DNA of 64,000 bases, taken from assembly GCA_964016885.1 (NCBI GenBank), contig OZ024741.1, forward strand, positions 28,954,001 to 29,018,000, in the 5' to 3' direction. The notes under the pieces are model-generated. The model made no database searches. It was given only the letters and a program-made list of their open reading frames with translations, and was not told where the DNA came from. Positions 59,986 through 64,000 of the stretch are shown here, one piece after another. This DNA comes from Eledone cirrhosa (Eukaryota). Each line of letters begins with the position of its first letter. Position 1 is the stretch's first letter. The translations under genes and the position numbers were made by a program.

Positions 59986-61029
59986 AATAATGATTTCAAT
60001 AATAATGATTAAAAGTGATGCCTTCTGTATTTTTATGTTCAGACAGCGAAGGAATAAAAGTGCTCATGGCCCTTTTTAGGGCTTCCAAGAAAGGTATCCT
60101 TAAACTGTGGACATGGCTTGAATGTTTACAACAGACTGGACACTGCTAAAGACATCTGCAAGGAAGTTGGTGGGGTTGAACTGGGAACGAATGAAGTCCA
60201 CAACGCTGTCCACAAGTGGAGGACATTACGAAATGTCTTATAACATTCTTATAATATTACCGCGCGAAATCATGTTGGGCTAGAAGGAAGCTGAGGATTA
60301 CGACGCTATAGTTCTTTGATTTACTTTCTTCATTCTTTCACCACTGTTTATCTTTGTTTTTGCACCATCGTTCTCATTCTCGCTTTTCTTCTCATCTCTC
60401 TCTATACTTCTCTCATTTCTCATCATATGCTTTAGACTCCATTTCTTTCATTCGCTTCCTCTCTCCCTTCTTCTCAGCTCGTTATATTTTAACCCGACGT
60501 TTTGCTATGCACCTGGCCGCTTTACACATACTTCCGTGTTTAGGTTTACTATAATTTTATAAAAAAGGAGTGTAACCTAGGCACAACACTAGACATTTTG
60601 TAGGTAACGATATAGTCAAGTTTCATTGCTCCATCCAATAGATACGAACAGTAAGTGCCTTAATCATAAATATAAACATTATTCTCATCCTAAACTGAAC
60701 CAAGAATGTAATCGAACCTAAGTAACCAATAATCATTAAATGATCTGATCAATAGATAAAATCGTAGTCAGCCTTTTGTTGCCCCAAATATTGCTGACAA
60801 CTACAGTACATCTTAGACAGTATATCTCATTTTTCCTAGGATTAACAGATATTAATTATGTATTCATGAAATTTCTACACAGAAATATAGCAAATAAAAA
60901 CAGAACAAAAGAAGAAATTAATAAGAAATGATTTCAAAGAATATAAGATATTGCTTAGTATAGAGAATGATGGAATGGTAGTCACGTTCCAAGTACACGC
61001 CTATATTCATACATCTCTCTCTCTGTATA

Positions 61030-61577
61030 TATATATATGAATGTATATATAATGTATTTTTCAATACACTGTATGCTTGATTAAAAGCATTTTGAAGACT
61101 ATACGGTATTGTTTTAAAATAGTGACAATGTCACTTATTAAATTTTCAGCAAACAGGGGGAGATAAACTGACAGAGCTCTGTTTCGTACTTTTTGGTACT
61201 TATCAAAGTTCACTACCCCTCCTGTTTGCTGAAAATTTAAATTAGTGACATTGTCACTATTTTAAAACAATAGCGTATGGCCTTTAACATGCTTTTAATC
61301 AAGCATACAGTGTATTGCAAAATACACTATATATACATTCATATATATATCGCTATTTCACAGCACCAATTCTAATTTTCAATTTCTGCTGGACCGGCGA
61401 CCGCTCTCTATAATCAGTTCCTGATTATTACTGGAATTCTATAAGAATCCAACACATATAATTTTCAGCAAACAGAAGGGGTAGTGAACTTTGATAAGTA
61501 CCAACAAGTATGAAACAGAGCTCTGTCAGTTTATCTCCCCTGTTTGCTGAAAATTTAAAAAAATGACATTGTCACTT
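61030..61577. mobile_element. ~318-bp hammerhead-containing unit (sister of the 311-bp family), ~1.1 copies plus an inverted partial copy
   Basis: CCTGTTTGCTGAAAATTT recurs at 61221 and 61539. 61345-61423 aligns with 45551-45629. Confidence 0.85.
61487..61531 (+). ncRNA. Hammerhead ribozyme, U3-A8 variant (mirror on minus at 61166-61210)
   Basis: AACT-TTGATAA-GTAC-CAACAA-GTAT-GAAAC-AGAGCTCT-GTC-AGTT. Extended stem TTTTCAGCAAACAG/CTGTTTGCTGAAAA. Confidence 0.78.
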
Positions 61578-61589
61578 TGTTTATCTATA

Positions 61590-63000
61590 TTACTCTCACT
61601 CTGGAGCTTCCTGGCAACATATCCATTCAGGGTTTTTTACTGATAAGCATGAACATTTTCATCCATGCATTCACTGCGGTACTGTGATTTTGATTATCCA
61701 CAGGGGATATCTTTCCACATGAGTTCCTTCCCAACTCTCACGGCCGTATCTGTCTCTTGCAGATAGACTTGTTCGAGAGACGGGCTCCTACGCTTCGAGG
61801 TTTGTAGATGTTGTCGGAGGGATATGATGCGACATTCAAATGTCTGGACTGATGTTAAGGCTCTGCCTCCCTGCTTACGTTTCAAGTAGAGGCGGTCTAT
61901 ATCACTGTTGATGTGGAAGGAAGTTTCCGGTGTTGTTTAGTATTTTTCGAGTTCCAACATCAACTGCTCGGATTTCGTCTATCGTCCAATTGAGTATTCC
62001 AAACGTTGGTATTAAGGCAGGCACAGCAAACACATTGTGAATCACTGTTTTGTTGTGCGCAGGGAGTTCCGATGATCATATTTTTCTTAATCGGGTGTAA
62101 TATTCCCTGGTTACGCGTTCCTTATTACAGATACCATTATAGAATATGTTCTCATCTATCCCCAGGTATCTGTAGCAGTCCTCATCAGATGTCGGTGAAA
62201 CAGTTAGGCCATTGATAACAATGTTGCTAGATTGGGTTGTTGTTTTTCCCCGCTTTACAGTCATATATGAACATTCATCTTGACCAAACTCCATTCCTAT
62301 ATCCTTTGAGAATGTTGAAACCAGGTCAAGATGTTTCTTCATCCCATCTATGTTCTTGGCATAGAGTTTCAGATCATCCACAAAGAAATTATGGGTTAGT
62401 TTCGTATTTCTGTCCTCCTGTGAGCCAATGATGTATCCTTCACATTTCTTGAGAACAAAGGGCAAGGGGTTTAATGACAGGATAAATAGTATCACAGAGA
62501 GATTGTCTCCTTGAAATATACCCCTGAGATATTCGTATGATTAGGAGTTGTTCAGCACACCCCCAAACCCCTTTCTTTCCAGCTGCTTGTTCATCTGTGA
62601 TGATGTTATTATTTTCACAGTGATCTTGGAGGAATAGGTTCAGGCAGGCTGTATACATCTTATACATCAGGTTCTGGCATGCAATGGGTCGGTACATATT
62701 TATATTATTTTTACGTTCAACAAATGTTGCTTGTTGGCGTAATTGTTTCGCTGTAATATGATTTAGTTCTGGATGTATTTCGTCCCAGTGTAGCTTCATA
62801 TAGACAACGGAAGGATTTTTTTTGACATTTTATAGCAATTAAATAAATCATCATTAAGTTCGCAACTCTAAGAGAAATGCGATTTATAATTTCGGTTTCT
62901 TCTGTAGCTACAACTGAATAACTTTTGTTTACCTTTCTCATTGTTTTGCTACGGTACTTCCTTAATGTTGTTGATGTTGTTGTGTTCACTCATGCTGTTT
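61590..63000 (-). mobile_element. Internally deleted R4/Dong-like LINE (N-terminal and RT fragments)
   Basis: YRPIACQNLMYK, EQAAGKKGVWGCAEQLLI, GIFQGD.LS..LFILSLNPL, THNFFVDDLKLY, YRYLGI, DRLYLKRKQGGR. Confidence 0.88.
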
Positions 63001-63187
63001 GTAGCAAATCCTTGTAAAATGAATTATGTATTTAGTCGGATATCTCTACGAATTCGAATAAAAGTTGTCTTCAGTGGATATAGTTAGAAGAATCCCTAGT
63101 CATTGAACATGACTGGTAGTTGTGGCATTACTGTCGGAGATCTTAAATTTAATGAATAGTGCGCCAAAATGTGCGATTCAATCATCA

Positions 63188-63965
<778 letters not shown>

Positions 63966-64000
63966 TGTATGCATATCATTGCGATCTTGTAGCGCACACA

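Overview
Repeat-saturated, gene-poor animal genomic DNA. The microsatellite load ((TA)n, (CA)n, (TATG)n, (GA)n, (CAC)n) and the tRNA-SINE families suggest a cephalopod such as Octopus (inference). No host protein-coding gene is supported. Nearly all ORF-track entries are microsatellite translations or retroelement fragments. Recognisable content: a decayed full-length RTE LINE (15.2-18.7 kb), a near-intact 5'-truncated Tx1/L1-type LINE inside (TATC)n (26.8-30.1 kb), R4/Dong-like and CRE-like RLE-LINE fragments, many tRNA-SINEs, hAT, Tc1/pogo and piggyBac-like MITEs, a 39-bp minisatellite, and a Penelope-like element (RT end + GIY-YIG) arranged as a ~2-kb head-to-head inverted repeat (40.0-44.3 kb). 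The most striking signal is a dense population of small, non-coding elements carrying hammerhead ribozymes (HHRs), inserted in (TA)n as asymmetric head-to-head inversions. It includes a 311-bp tandem retrozyme-like array (44.9-46.2 kb) and a ~318-bp sister unit (61.0-61.6 kb) whose hairpins covary with it. Several HHRs, including the one in the coding Penelope element, have a compensatory U3-A8 core (TTGANAA) that CUGANGA searches would miss. All structures were read by eye; none was folded or searched computationally.
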